64,000 nt of DNA. Source: Candidatus Poseidoniaceae archaeon (GTDB lineage: Archaea; Thermoplasmatota; Poseidoniia; Poseidoniales; Poseidoniaceae). Numbering within the stretch: the stretch's first letter is position 1; every line of letters starts with the position of its first letter. This document shows positions 28,202 through 37,726 of the stretch, piece by piece. The notes below the pieces were generated by a model that was given only the letters and a program-made list of their open reading frames with translations, was not told where the DNA came from and did not search any database. The position numbers and the translations under genes are program-made. Location of the stretch: positions 7,518 through 71,517 of the forward strand of contig JAPKFC010000001.1 of NCBI GenBank assembly GCA_028821785.1. Direction: 5' to 3'.

Positions 28202-29401
28202 ATGTCAACTGGTTGGGCCCGATTCGCACATCGTTTTGGCCAGTATTATCGTACATCTGAGTTCTGGACTCCTCCGCGATTAAAATCAAGAGAGTGGATG
28301 TTTATTCCCTTTGGAGGCTCACCTCCGATCAGGCACAAAGGTTTCACCGATATGCAAGATGTTAGGACCTTTCTGTCGGAAAGAGCAATGCATTCCTGTT
28401 TCTACTCTACGGCTTATTGGAAAAGACCATATGAGCTAAAAATGGCTGATAAAATCTGGCAAGGTGCGGATTTGATATTTGACCTAGATGGTGACCATTT
28501 ACCAGGTGTCACCGATAGAGATTTCCCTGCCATGCTAGAGGTCATCCAAGAACAAGGTTGGAGTCTTTGGAATGATTTCTTACAACCTGAATTCGGATTC
28601 GATGAAAAATATTTACAAGTTACCTTTTCAGGGCACAGGGGATTCCATTTGCACTACCGCGACCCTAATTTATTTCACTTAGATTCTGAAGCAAGAAGAG
28701 AATTGGTATCGCATATTCGTGGTGAGGGTGTTGATGTACAAGGAGGCATGTCTCGCTTCAATGAAACCGACTCCCATGGATGGTCTAGGAGAATTAGAGA
28801 TGGTGTCGATGACATGATCTTGAAATTACAAGTTATTTCAAATAAGCAAGGAGATTATTCTTCAACATTGAAGGAATTAGAGCATGGTCTCAAATCCCAA
28901 TATGAGAGAGAAGGAACAACTTCTCAAAGAAGCGCTGCATCAATTAAAAAATTGGCAGAAGTGGTGAATCATGAAGCTCGTTCAAAAAGAATTAGAGAAG
29001 GTAATTTTGGCGCACTTGGATCCTACGATGGATTATTCCTTAACTTGTTGAAAACCGACTCTTCGGTAGTCCTAGGAAATGCAGGAGAAACAGATGAAGT
29101 GGTTACCATCGATACTAGAAGGCAAATTAGATGGCCTACATCTCTTCATGGCAAAACAGGAATGCGGGTAAGTGAGTTTCCATTAAATCGTTTGGACCCT
29201 GATGGTTCGAACCCATATAGGCCACTTCAAGAGGCTTTGGTACTAAGTGGTCAAGAAAAGTTGCGGGTAGAAATTACAGTTGAGGATGCTGTTGCCCAGT
29301 TCCATGACAAAAGATATGATTTAACGCGTGGCCAAATTGTGGAAATAAGCGAGGCTGGAGCGACATTTTTGGTTTTGAAAGGCTGGGCAAAAATCGTATA
29401 A
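28202..29401 (+). CDS. priS: DNA primase small (catalytic) subunit PriS
   Basis: AEP catalytic motifs are LIFDLDGDH and FSGHRGFHLHY, plus the downstream LHGKTG-type segment SLHGKTGMRV. Confidence 0.85.
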   Translation: MSTGWARFAHRFGQYYRTSEFWTPPRLKSREWMFIPFGGSPPIRHKGFTDMQDVRTFLSERAMHSCFYSTAYWKRPYELKMADKIWQGADLIFDLDGDHLPGVTDRDFPAMLEVIQEQGWSLWNDFLQPEFGFDEKYLQVTFSGHRGFHLHYRDPNLFHLDSEARRELVSHIRGEGVDVQGGMSRFNETDSHGWSRRIRDGVDDMILKLQVISNKQGDYSSTLKELEHGLKSQYEREGTTSQRSAASIKKLAEVVNHEARSKRIREGNFGALGSYDGLFLNLLKTDSSVVLGNAGETDEVVTIDTRRQIRWPTSLHGKTGMRVSEFPLNRLDPDGSNPYRPLQEALVLSGQEKLRVEITVEDAVAQFHDKRYDLTRGQIVEISEAGATFLVLKGWAKIV

Positions 29402-29501
29402 TTGAAAACAAATACATCATCTTTGAATCTATCTCGCGCATACTCCTTCATCGGTAAGGTTCAAGGGTAGAGTTTGACCCACCGTAGGTGGGGTAAGCCG
29501 T

Positions 29502-30566
29502 ATGAGTCAGCAAGATGATGAAAAAAAGGACAGCAAATTGCCACCATTAGGGGCACTTCCTCTACCACCAATGCCACCATTACCGCCCATGCCAAGTATG
29601 GATTCACAATTACCACCTATGCCGGCTATGAGTGCAGAATTGCCTGCACCATTGCCACTACCACCTGCTCCAGTCATGGATGCCCCATTACCGCTACCAC
29701 CTGCACCAGTTATGGATGCACCATTGCCACTACCACCTGCACCTGTTGCGGATACCACATTACCTCCAGCGCCACTGCCAATAGTAACGCCTGCAGCGGT
29801 TGAACCTACATTGCCGCAAACTGACTCATCTTATGGTGATCTTTGGGCAAAGCGGTCAGACAAACCGCTTCCACAAATTTACGGACACATTGACCGCATT
29901 GCTAATTCAGAAGCGGGTTCTTTGTTGGATCGATACTCGGACCGGTTTGGACATTCGATAGACCGCGACATCATCGTATTGAGAAAGCAACAAATTGATG
30001 ACAAAGTTTCAGAAATTAGAGATGCGCCAACTGTTGAATTGATGGATGTAGAAACTATGGGTTTAGAACTTACTGAAGACATGGACCTTTCTGAGCAATT
30101 ATTAGCTATTGAAAGTGAATTACGTTCACTAAAACCGGAATACCAGGCTGCAAAAAGTTCTGGTGATTCCGAGTTATTAGCCCAACTAAGGCCTCAATTA
30201 GAATCTTTAATGGGGCAAAGAAAGGAATTGCAAGCAATTATCGCATCTTCGGAAGAATCAGTAGTTGCACAAGAAGCAGAAGAAACCGATGGAGAAGATA
30301 TCTTTACTTTATTCGTATCAATTGTCGATGACCTATTGGGTTCAAATCTCCCTGAAGATGTCGTCGCAGAATTTATCGAAAGTCCTGATTTCCAAGTATA
30401 CCAGCAAGTTGGCAGTGACCCACAATCTGCCGATGAGGAGTTGAGAGCAGCATTCTTTGCCATCGTCGATGGCCAATTAGGAAATATGGATGGCGCAGAC
30501 ATCCAAGTATTCGTCGAATCAGAACAGTTTGAAATTTATCAGACAGTTGGAAATATGTATCAGTGA
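29502..30566 (+). CDS. proline-repeat / coiled-coil protein with duplicated C-terminal module, unknown function
   Basis: The N-terminal ~100 aa are Pro-rich and include 3 x APLPLPPAPV(M/A)D. A central heptad-like region reads LLAIESELRSLKPEYQAA...LESLMGQRKELQAI. The C-terminus carries two copies of F..IVD..LG......(V/I)..F(I/V)ES..F..YQ.VG. Confidence 0.55.
   Translation: MSQQDDEKKDSKLPPLGALPLPPMPPLPPMPSMDSQLPPMPAMSAELPAPLPLPPAPVMDAPLPLPPAPVMDAPLPLPPAPVADTTLPPAPLPIVTPAAVEPTLPQTDSSYGDLWAKRSDKPLPQIYGHIDRIANSEAGSLLDRYSDRFGHSIDRDIIVLRKQQIDDKVSEIRDAPTVELMDVETMGLELTEDMDLSEQLLAIESELRSLKPEYQAAKSSGDSELLAQLRPQLESLMGQRKELQAIIASSEESVVAQEAEETDGEDIFTLFVSIVDDLLGSNLPEDVVAEFIESPDFQVYQQVGSDPQSADEELRAAFFAIVDGQLGNMDGADIQVFVESEQFEIYQTVGNMYQ
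29646..29753 (+). repeat. 3 x 36-bp in-frame tandem repeat (APLPLPPAPVMD units)
   Basis: Units at 29646-29681, 29682-29717 and 29718-29753 differ mostly at synonymous positions; the third unit has GCG (Ala) in place of ATG (Met). Confidence 0.85.
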
Positions 30567-30576
30567 GCGTGAGAAA

Positions 30577-31440
30577 ATGGGACTACTCGATAAAGCAGGA
30601 AATGTTGGAACAACACCGGATGAAAAGCCTAAGGCTGTAGCAAAAGCAGTTGCTAAAGCAGCACCTAAGGCGGTTGCGAAGCCAAAGGCAGCAGTGAAAA
30701 CCACTGTTTCAGCTAAACCGGTTAAAGCGAAGAAAGTTAGAACTCCGCGCACAACTGGATTACCAGAGGGCTATGAATTAGCATCAAAGATAAATCGTGC
30801 AATCTGTTGGTGGATAAATATCGCTGTCAATTTCTCAGCCCTAACGGTTGCTCTTGTGTTAACAGCTTCCAATACTGGTACGATAACCACCTACCTCTAT
30901 ATCTTATCAATTCTATTGATTTTCCTAAATGTAATCGTAATTCCAGCAAAGACTGGCAGAACGATTGGACACTTTGTATCAAGAACAAAATTCATGACTG
31001 CAAATGGCGAAAAAGCGAGTGTTTTTCATTCAATTCTAGCAAATACAGTTGGATTATTTACCTTAATAGGATTCATACTTGTCCTAATCAATATGTCCGA
31101 TTTCGATCCTAAAAATTACTTTAGTGTCGCCGGTTTAGTAATTGGCATAATTTTCATTGTACTTTGGTTTGTAAATAGAAATTTCAAGAAAAATAGTGAT
31201 ATGGATCAAGGACTCTATGACTTGATGTTCAGAGCATACTTGGTAAAACACATACCGGTAGAAGGGGAAGTCTCAACAGGTATTTGGGGCAGACTTGAAA
31301 ATGCTGGAGAATGGGGTGACAAGATTGCTTCTAGGAGAGAAGAGAATATTAAAAAGTCTGCAGAAAAAGCTGCTGTTAAGGCTGCTAAGGCTGAAGAGGA
31401 TGCAAAGAAAGCTTCCACTGATAGTTCAAAGAATAAATAA
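30577..31440 (+). CDS. RDD-family membrane protein with Lys/Ala-rich N- and C-terminal tails
   Basis: RDD-like elements are NRAICWWINIAV, TGRTIGHFVSRTKF and LYDLMFRAYLV, set across 3-4 TM helices. The tails read KAVAKAVAKAAPKAVAKPKAAVK and SAEKAAVKAAKAEEDAKKAS. Start chosen at the ATG at 30577 (MGLLDKAG); the ORF track starts at 30490, inside the preceding gene. Confidence 0.55.
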   Translation: MGLLDKAGNVGTTPDEKPKAVAKAVAKAAPKAVAKPKAAVKTTVSAKPVKAKKVRTPRTTGLPEGYELASKINRAICWWINIAVNFSALTVALVLTASNTGTITTYLYILSILLIFLNVIVIPAKTGRTIGHFVSRTKFMTANGEKASVFHSILANTVGLFTLIGFILVLINMSDFDPKNYFSVAGLVIGIIFIVLWFVNRNFKKNSDMDQGLYDLMFRAYLVKHIPVEGEVSTGIWGRLENAGEWGDKIASRREENIKKSAEKAAVKAAKAEEDAKKASTDSSKNK

Positions 31441-31451
31441 ATCACTTCTTG

Positions 31452-32456
31452 ATGATCATCATGATAAACCAGTCTAAGTATGGACGATTTGTAATATTTT
31501 TAATATTACTTCTCATCACTTGTACTATTAGACTAATGGGCAACTACTCCCAATTAGCCGATGTTGTTTTTTCACTATTGCTTGGTGCGTTATTGATTAA
31601 TCTCTTTATCGAATATATAATTATTCAAATATTTAGAAAACCAGATTTCCAAAAGGCTAGCATAGAGATTGAACCTTGGGTAGAATTGATTGCTGATTGC
31701 CGTGGTGTTGAAGCCAGAGCAATGCTAAATCGTAGGGATCAAAGTGCACCATTGCTATTGATGATACATGGCTGGAAAAGTAGCGCTGAATCAGTACGCG
31801 AACGTGCTGAATGGTTTTGTGAACAAGGATGGCATGCTTTGATAGTTGAAATGCCAGGACACGGCAGGGCAATGTCAGTTGAAAAATGGACTGCGATTAG
31901 AGTAATAGAACACACTGTAGAATTGATGGATTCATTAGATAGTTTACTACCTTCAGAAAATATCACAGAAATTGTGTATTATGGGCATTCTATGGGTGGA
32001 TTCGTAGGTCTTAATCTCTCAAAAAGAATTGATAATTATTCTTGGGGTAATAAAATCAAAGGATGGATACTAGAATCTCCTATGACCAAATATTCAATGG
32101 TGTATGAAGAATCGTTAATGCACAACAGAATCCCGCAATTTCTTCATCCATCTATTCAAAGAAGGTTGCTAGTTCAATTCTCAGCACTTCATCCACAAGA
32201 AAAACCTATTCATTCACTTATAGAATTAGACGTTCCGATCTGGGGTATGCCACAACAACCTACGCTCATCCTACAAGCAGAAGAGGATTCAGTCCTAGGG
32301 AGATCTCATTACGACTTACTTGTCTCGTCGATGATTGATGCTGGAAGAGAGGAGATTCTTACAACACATCTAATTAAAGACCTACCACATTCAAGTGCTA
32401 GAATCAATTCAACAAGAAATCATCACATTGAGCAATGGCTGGAGAAGAATTTCTAA
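31452..32456 (+). CDS. membrane-anchored alpha/beta-fold hydrolase
   Basis: Two N-terminal TM helices are followed by HGW, the nucleophile elbow GHSMGG, and late Asp and His residues (EEDSVLG, LPHS). Confidence 0.7.
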   Translation: MIIMINQSKYGRFVIFLILLLITCTIRLMGNYSQLADVVFSLLLGALLINLFIEYIIIQIFRKPDFQKASIEIEPWVELIADCRGVEARAMLNRRDQSAPLLLMIHGWKSSAESVRERAEWFCEQGWHALIVEMPGHGRAMSVEKWTAIRVIEHTVELMDSLDSLLPSENITEIVYYGHSMGGFVGLNLSKRIDNYSWGNKIKGWILESPMTKYSMVYEESLMHNRIPQFLHPSIQRRLLVQFSALHPQEKPIHSLIELDVPIWGMPQQPTLILQAEEDSVLGRSHYDLLVSSMIDAGREEILTTHLIKDLPHSSARINSTRNHHIEQWLEKNF

Positions 32457-32461
32457 ATAAA

Positions 32462-33502
32462 TTATTCTTCGGAATCATCTGACGATTCTGCGTATTCCTT
32501 CGCCAATTCGCGCATATCATCAACTTCATCTAATTCATCAACTATTTCTTCACCGAGTATTGTCTCAAGAACATCTTCCAAAGTTACAAGTCCGGCAGTA
32601 CCGCCAAACTCATCCTTGACAATGGCGACCTGTTGCCTTTGCTCTAAGAATATCTCAAGCGCATGGTCAACAGAGTCATCGACGAGAATAGAGATTGCGG
32701 GCTTCTTGAACTCTCCAATTAATTTATCTGATTCATCTCTACTAGCTGCCATCAGTATTTCAGAACGTATCACAAAGCCTGTGATCTCATCAATAGACTC
32801 TTCATAAATTGGTATTCGAGAAAAACGGATAATCTTGTGTTCTTGTAGTATCTCTTCAACCGTAGCTGTTGACATAAAAGCGGTCATAACTACTCTTGGA
32901 GTCATTATTTCACTAACATTAATATCTCTCAATTTTAGTAAGTTATGAATTACTTCTTCTTCATCGGCCTCAAGAATGCCTTCTTCTTCACCGAGGTCAA
33001 CAATTGCAACAACATCATCTCTAGTGACGAGGGTATCATCACCCTCTGGAAGAATTGATTTTAATAATTGAATTGGAATGATGATAAATGCTAGTAATTT
33101 AACCAAAACCTGTAAAATCATTCCAGTTATTGGAACTAGTTTTTTCCAGTATGCAGTCCCAAGAGTCTTTGGGATAATTTCAGAGAAGAATAAGACTGCA
33201 ATCGTTAGAATGATTGAAGCACCAGTAAGATACTCTTCTCCCCAAATAGTCTGTACCTGTGAACCAACACCAGCAGCGCCCATTGTATGAGCGATTGTAT
33301 TCAAAGTTAAGATCGAAGTTAGAGGCTTAACCGCATCATCATCTTTCAGTTGCGCCCACAAATGTCCTGATTTCTTTCCCTCTTTTTGCAGAACTGCAAT
33401 ATGAGTATGAGGTACCGACAATACAACTGCTTCAAGTATTGAGCAAATGAAAGAGATTCCTAAGGCCAAAACGGCATAAAATACTAGTAAAGTGATGTCC
33501 AT
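32462..33502 (-). CDS. CNNM/DUF21 + CBS-pair membrane protein (CorB/hemolysin-like divalent-cation transport mediator)
   Basis: The N-terminal DUF21 membrane domain (ILEAVVLSV ... IPKTLG) is followed by two CBS motifs. I saw no CorC_HlyC C-terminal domain. The tail is acidic. Confidence 0.8.
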   Translation of the reverse strand: MDITLLVFYAVLALGISFICSILEAVVLSVPHTHIAVLQKEGKKSGHLWAQLKDDDAVKPLTSILTLNTIAHTMGAAGVGSQVQTIWGEEYLTGASIILTIAVLFFSEIIPKTLGTAYWKKLVPITGMILQVLVKLLAFIIIPIQLLKSILPEGDDTLVTRDDVVAIVDLGEEEGILEADEEEVIHNLLKLRDINVSEIMTPRVVMTAFMSTATVEEILQEHKIIRFSRIPIYEESIDEITGFVIRSEILMAASRDESDKLIGEFKKPAISILVDDSVDHALEIFLEQRQQVAIVKDEFGGTAGLVTLEDVLETILGEEIVDELDEVDDMRELAKEYAESSDDSEE

Positions 33503-33720
33503 TTGTAGTCAGCGACTCCGGGGCCCATGGTGGGTAAGTGGAACATGAGAGGTGATAGTTCTTGATGATAACCCAATGTAATGATGAATTTCAATATATA
33601 TTTGATTATATCATTTCGCCATTCACTCGTCATTAGAAGTAAGATAAACCCATGCAAGTCTAGTATTACAAGGGTGAAACTCAAGAAGGACATCACACCC
33701 GCATTGAACTAGGGATTGTT

Positions 33721-35994
33721 ATGGTTGATGAGCATGTACTGATTTGTGTTGCTTGGCCATATGCTAATGGCCCACTCCACTTAGGTCATGTTGCAGGCTG
33801 TTATTTGCCACCAGATATCCAAGCCCGTTTCGAAAGAGCGCGAGGAAATAGAGTTCTGATGGTTTCGGGAAGTGATGAACACGGAACTCCAATCACAGTC
33901 ACAGCGGAACAGAATGACATTACACCTCAGCAAGTTGTTGATGAATACCATGCTGTCAACTCCAAGGCCCTAATAGACCTAGGATGTAGTTGGGAGCCAA
34001 ATATTGATTCGCGGGGAATTGAATATGGTGGATCATTATTCAATAGAACCACCGATCCAATGCACAAACAAATAGTTCAGGAAAACTTTTCTTCATTGAT
34101 GGATGCAGGTTTGTTTGAAAGAAAGACTACTCAGCAATACTATGAGACCAATAGCGACGGAAGTGGCCGGTTTTTACCAGATAGATATGTGGAAGGTGTT
34201 TGCCCATCTTGCGCAGAAGATGGTGCCAGAGGAGACCAGTGTGATTCATGTGGAGCTACCTACGAATCAACCGAATTAAAGAATCCAGTTTCTAAGATGA
34301 ACCCTACTGCCAAAATTGAAATCAAAGATACTGACCATTTCTTTTATCGTTTAGATTTATTCCAAGAAGCCCTACAACAACATGCAGATGAAAGGAAATC
34401 AGTATGGAAGCCAAATGTTCGAGCTATGACCAAGCAATGGTTGGACATGGGTTTGCGGCCTAGAGCAGTTACTAGAGACCTTTCGTGGGGAATTCCACTA
34501 CCCTTGGAAGATCCTGAATGGAATGGTAAATGCGTATATGTTTGGTTTGAAGCGGTACAAGGTTACTATTCATGCGCAAAAATATGGGCTCTTCGTCATG
34601 CACAACAAGGTGGTCATCCCGATGGACTAGATGCCTGGAAGAATTGGTGGTGTGTTTCAGAGGATGGGACTAGCCCTAGGCACTTATATTTCTTAGGAAA
34701 AGACAACATACCATTCCATACCGTAATCTGGCCAGCATTAATTCTTGGACTCAACCATGCTTCAAAAGGGAAGACAGCAAGCGACTCTATAGAAATGCCT
34801 TCAAGTGGAGATTTAGCATTGGAGACAAATGTACCGGCAATGGAATATCTAATGTTATCAGGCGGCCAGTTTTCTAAATCACGTAAACACGCTGTATGGT
34901 TACCTTCATTCCTTGAAAGATATAATCCCGACTATCTTAGATACTATCTTTCAATAAATATGCCAGAAATTCATGACACTGATTTCAATTGGCCTGATTT
35001 TGTTGAAAAGATCAACAGTGAATTGATAGCCGCATATGGTAATTTTGTTCATCGCGTATTAACATTAGGCGTTAGATTGCCAATGGGTGATAATGGCCCT
35101 CTTGCCGATATTGAAATCGCAGAATTAACAGTTGAACACCGCCAAAAATTAGAGGAAATACATGCTTCCATTACCGATTCACTGCTTAGACACCGCTACA
35201 AAGAAGCGTTGCGCCATGTTATGTCTGCAGCACAGTATGGGAATCAAATACTACAGGCAGCAACCCCATGGAAGTATCTCAAGAGTGAGGAGGATACAGA
35301 AGAGAGAAGGCAAAGTTTGTCAACTCTTGCATTCGGCTGGCGTTTATCTCGTTTTTTGGCAATCACTTCACAGCCATTCTTACCATTTAGTGCTGCTAAG
35401 TTATGGAATGCACTAGGGCAAACAGGCGATGTTAGTCTTGTTTCATGGGATGATGCGATAGATTGGGATGTCACAATGACCTGGAGTCAGGAAACGCCTA
35501 CTCCGCTGTTTGAACGCCTCGAATTAGATGTTATTTTGGAAAGTGAGAAATCTCTAACCGAACCAGATACAACAAAAGCAGATGAAAAGCCAATTCACAC
35601 AGTTAAAGGTAGCAAGAAAAACAAAAAGGAGATGAAAGAAATGATTGAAGCACCAGAAGGAATAACATATTTGAACTTTGAAACATTTATGCAAGTTGAT
35701 CTAAGAGTAGGAAAGATATTGACTGTTGAGGACCATCCTAATGCAGACAGATTATATGTTGTGACAATAGATGACGGCAGTGATACTGAAAGGACTATTT
35801 GTGCAGGATTAAAGCAATACTATCAGGCAGAAGAGATGGTTGGTAAAACAGTGGTATTCGTTGCAAATTTGAAACCAAGACCACTTAGAGGAGTCACCTC
35901 TGAGGGAATGATGCTAGCAGCAGATGACGGGAAAGATGGAGTTCGATTGGTAACAATAGATGGCGACATCGCAACTGGTTCACAAGTACGTTGA
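33721..35994 (+). CDS. metG: methionine--tRNA ligase with C-terminal tRNA-binding (Trbp111/EMAPII-like) domain
   Basis: HIGH-type motif PYANGPLHLGH, zinc knuckles CPSCAEDGARGDQCDSCG, and a KMSKS-type FSKSRKH. The C-terminal OB domain reads VGKILTVEDHPNADRLYVV. Confidence 0.92.
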   Translation: MVDEHVLICVAWPYANGPLHLGHVAGCYLPPDIQARFERARGNRVLMVSGSDEHGTPITVTAEQNDITPQQVVDEYHAVNSKALIDLGCSWEPNIDSRGIEYGGSLFNRTTDPMHKQIVQENFSSLMDAGLFERKTTQQYYETNSDGSGRFLPDRYVEGVCPSCAEDGARGDQCDSCGATYESTELKNPVSKMNPTAKIEIKDTDHFFYRLDLFQEALQQHADERKSVWKPNVRAMTKQWLDMGLRPRAVTRDLSWGIPLPLEDPEWNGKCVYVWFEAVQGYYSCAKIWALRHAQQGGHPDGLDAWKNWWCVSEDGTSPRHLYFLGKDNIPFHTVIWPALILGLNHASKGKTASDSIEMPSSGDLALETNVPAMEYLMLSGGQFSKSRKHAVWLPSFLERYNPDYLRYYLSINMPEIHDTDFNWPDFVEKINSELIAAYGNFVHRVLTLGVRLPMGDNGPLADIEIAELTVEHRQKLEEIHASITDSLLRHRYKEALRHVMSAAQYGNQILQAATPWKYLKSEEDTEERRQSLSTLAFGWRLSRFLAITSQPFLPFSAAKLWNALGQTGDVSLVSWDDAIDWDVTMTWSQETPTPLFERLELDVILESEKSLTEPDTTKADEKPIHTVKGSKKNKKEMKEMIEAPEGITYLNFETFMQVDLRVGKILTVEDHPNADRLYVVTIDDGSDTERTICAGLKQYYQAEEMVGKTVVFVANLKPRPLRGVTSEGMMLAADDGKDGVRLVTIDGDIATGSQVR

Positions 35995-35995
35995 T

Positions 35996-36625
35996 TCACA
36001 AACCAAGTCGTGAATTAACAGATTTCATTGATTCCCTAGACAATACTCTAGCCTCTTCCAAAATATCTGGGGATAATTTTCTCATATGAGATCCCATTTC
36101 TTCAGGGATTGAAGATAAATTGATTTCAACATTGAATAATGCACCCTTTACAGCCGCACTTGCTAATAATGCTGCAACCCCTACATCAGAGGCCGCATTG
36201 CCATTTCCCTTTTCAGCCAAATCAGGGAGGTGTCGAAGTAGTGATAGAGCTAGAGTCGCAGTTTCAAATGGAACTTCAGCTGCTTTGAGTGTACTTTGAC
36301 GGATGCAATTTCTTCTTGCATCAATTTCCTCATCAGTACCCTTAGGCATCTTGAAGCAGGCCATGACCGCATCGAAGGAGTCACTGTCTTCTATGGCTAA
36401 CTCACCAGCGCGACCCATTAGAGGAATGGCAGCATTTTGCGCATCTTCTGCAACTTGCCAACCCTCTTGCCATTTTTCCTTGCCGATTGTTAAATCTGTA
36501 ACCATGCAAGTCAAAGCGGCGGCTTGTCCAAGGGCTACCGCGGCTGCAGTTCCTCCACCAGGAGTTGGGGAAGATGATGCGAGAGCAGCTTGGAAATCAC
36601 GTAAAGACATGTCCATCCAATTCAT
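35996..36625 (-). CDS. formiminotetrahydrofolate cyclodeaminase (FTCD C-domain family)
   Basis: Signature FQAALASSSPTPGGGTAAAVALGQAAAL. The start ATG at 36625 overlaps the stop of the formiminotransferase gene as ATGA at 36622-36625. Confidence 0.8.
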   Translation of the reverse strand: MNWMDMSLRDFQAALASSSPTPGGGTAAAVALGQAAALTCMVTDLTIGKEKWQEGWQVAEDAQNAAIPLMGRAGELAIEDSDSFDAVMACFKMPKGTDEEIDARRNCIRQSTLKAAEVPFETATLALSLLRHLPDLAEKGNGNAASDVGVAALLASAAVKGALFNVEINLSSIPEEMGSHMRKLSPDILEEARVLSRESMKSVNSRLGL

Positions 36626-37671
36626 TGTTCCACCGCCTTTGCTACAGCCCATTCAATTATTCTCTCCTCTGCATTAAATGGTGATAACTGAGAAAGACCT
36701 AAACCTTCTATTGCAGCAATTACCAATTCCTTTTCATCAGTAATTCCTTCCGCAGCATACCACTTTCCAGAATCCAACATAGCAGAAAGTGGAACAAGAC
36801 CAACTAACTCACTACCAGGTACATTGACTTGATGATCGGATGCAACGCTCTTACAGGCTTCGAATGCAATATGCATTGGACATGCTGTAACATCTCGTAA
36901 ATTCATAGATACTTGAGAGATGCCATGGCTTTCCAAAGTAACACCCATTCCTTGCACCATGGGTAGCATACCAGGGATTCTTGTCCTTCTTCCATCCGAT
37001 TGCTTTAGCAATCTACCAGTCGATCTAACCAGCGAACCTATTTTTTTAGCAACAACAGCATCAGTTTCGTCTACATTTACATTATACGCGACCAGTATAC
37101 TCCTCGAACCGATTGTAATTGCACCAGATTTAGCACAATTTTCATTCCACTGCATAGGTCCAAAGTCTGGTAGCTTAGTTGATTCAGAATGGCTAGTATC
37201 GCCGCCACTCATTCTTGCCTGCAGCCCTTCATATTGCTCCTTTCTAAGAGAGGACAAGAGAGTTCTATCATCGTGAGTTGCAGCGAAACCATATGTGAAA
37301 GTTGGAACTTCACATTCGTTAGCCACTTTAATCGCTAACTCCTTCGCTAATGCTGAACATTGTTCCATAGTAATACCTTGAAGTGGAACAAAGGGACAAA
37401 CATCTACAGCGCCGAGTCGAGGATGCTCACCTTTGTGTTGCCTCATGTCAATGTGAATTATTGCTGCCTTTATGAGTTCAAAGGCTCCTTTTGAAACAGG
37501 ACCAGCTTCACCTGCCAATGTTATTACCGTCCTGTTATAATCAGCATCAGGCTCAACTCCCAATACTGCACAACCAGAAATATTTCTAGCGGCTTGAACT
37601 ATAAGTTCGATTTTTTCAGTATCAATTCCCTCAGAAATGTTGGGCACGCACTCAACGATTGTTGCTACCAT
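36622..37671 (-). CDS. glutamate formiminotransferase (FTCD N-domain family)
   Basis: N-terminus VECVPNISEG, the HPRLGAVDVCPFVP motif, and the two-subdomain length of ~330-350 aa. Confidence 0.85.
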   Translation of the reverse strand: MVATIVECVPNISEGIDTEKIELIVQAARNISGCAVLGVEPDADYNRTVITLAGEAGPVSKGAFELIKAAIIHIDMRQHKGEHPRLGAVDVCPFVPLQGITMEQCSALAKELAIKVANECEVPTFTYGFAATHDDRTLLSSLRKEQYEGLQARMSGGDTSHSESTKLPDFGPMQWNENCAKSGAITIGSRSILVAYNVNVDETDAVVAKKIGSLVRSTGRLLKQSDGRRTRIPGMLPMVQGMGVTLESHGISQVSMNLRDVTACPMHIAFEACKSVASDHQVNVPGSELVGLVPLSAMLDSGKWYAAEGITDEKELVIAAIEGLGLSQLSPFNAEERIIEWAVAKAVEQ

Positions 37672-37726
37672 GAACGAGGGTTAACGCATTAGGGCTTTGA
37701 ATGTTGACAAAGGATAATTTCAAAAA

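Noticed and set aside
33555-33600. TGATGA-type box motifs (GATGATA, ATGATGA) in the CNNM/metG divergent intergenic region, considered as a possible C/D sRNA.
   Set aside because: No CTGA D box lies at the expected distance on either strand and there is no terminal pairing. The region more plausibly holds the two divergent promoters.
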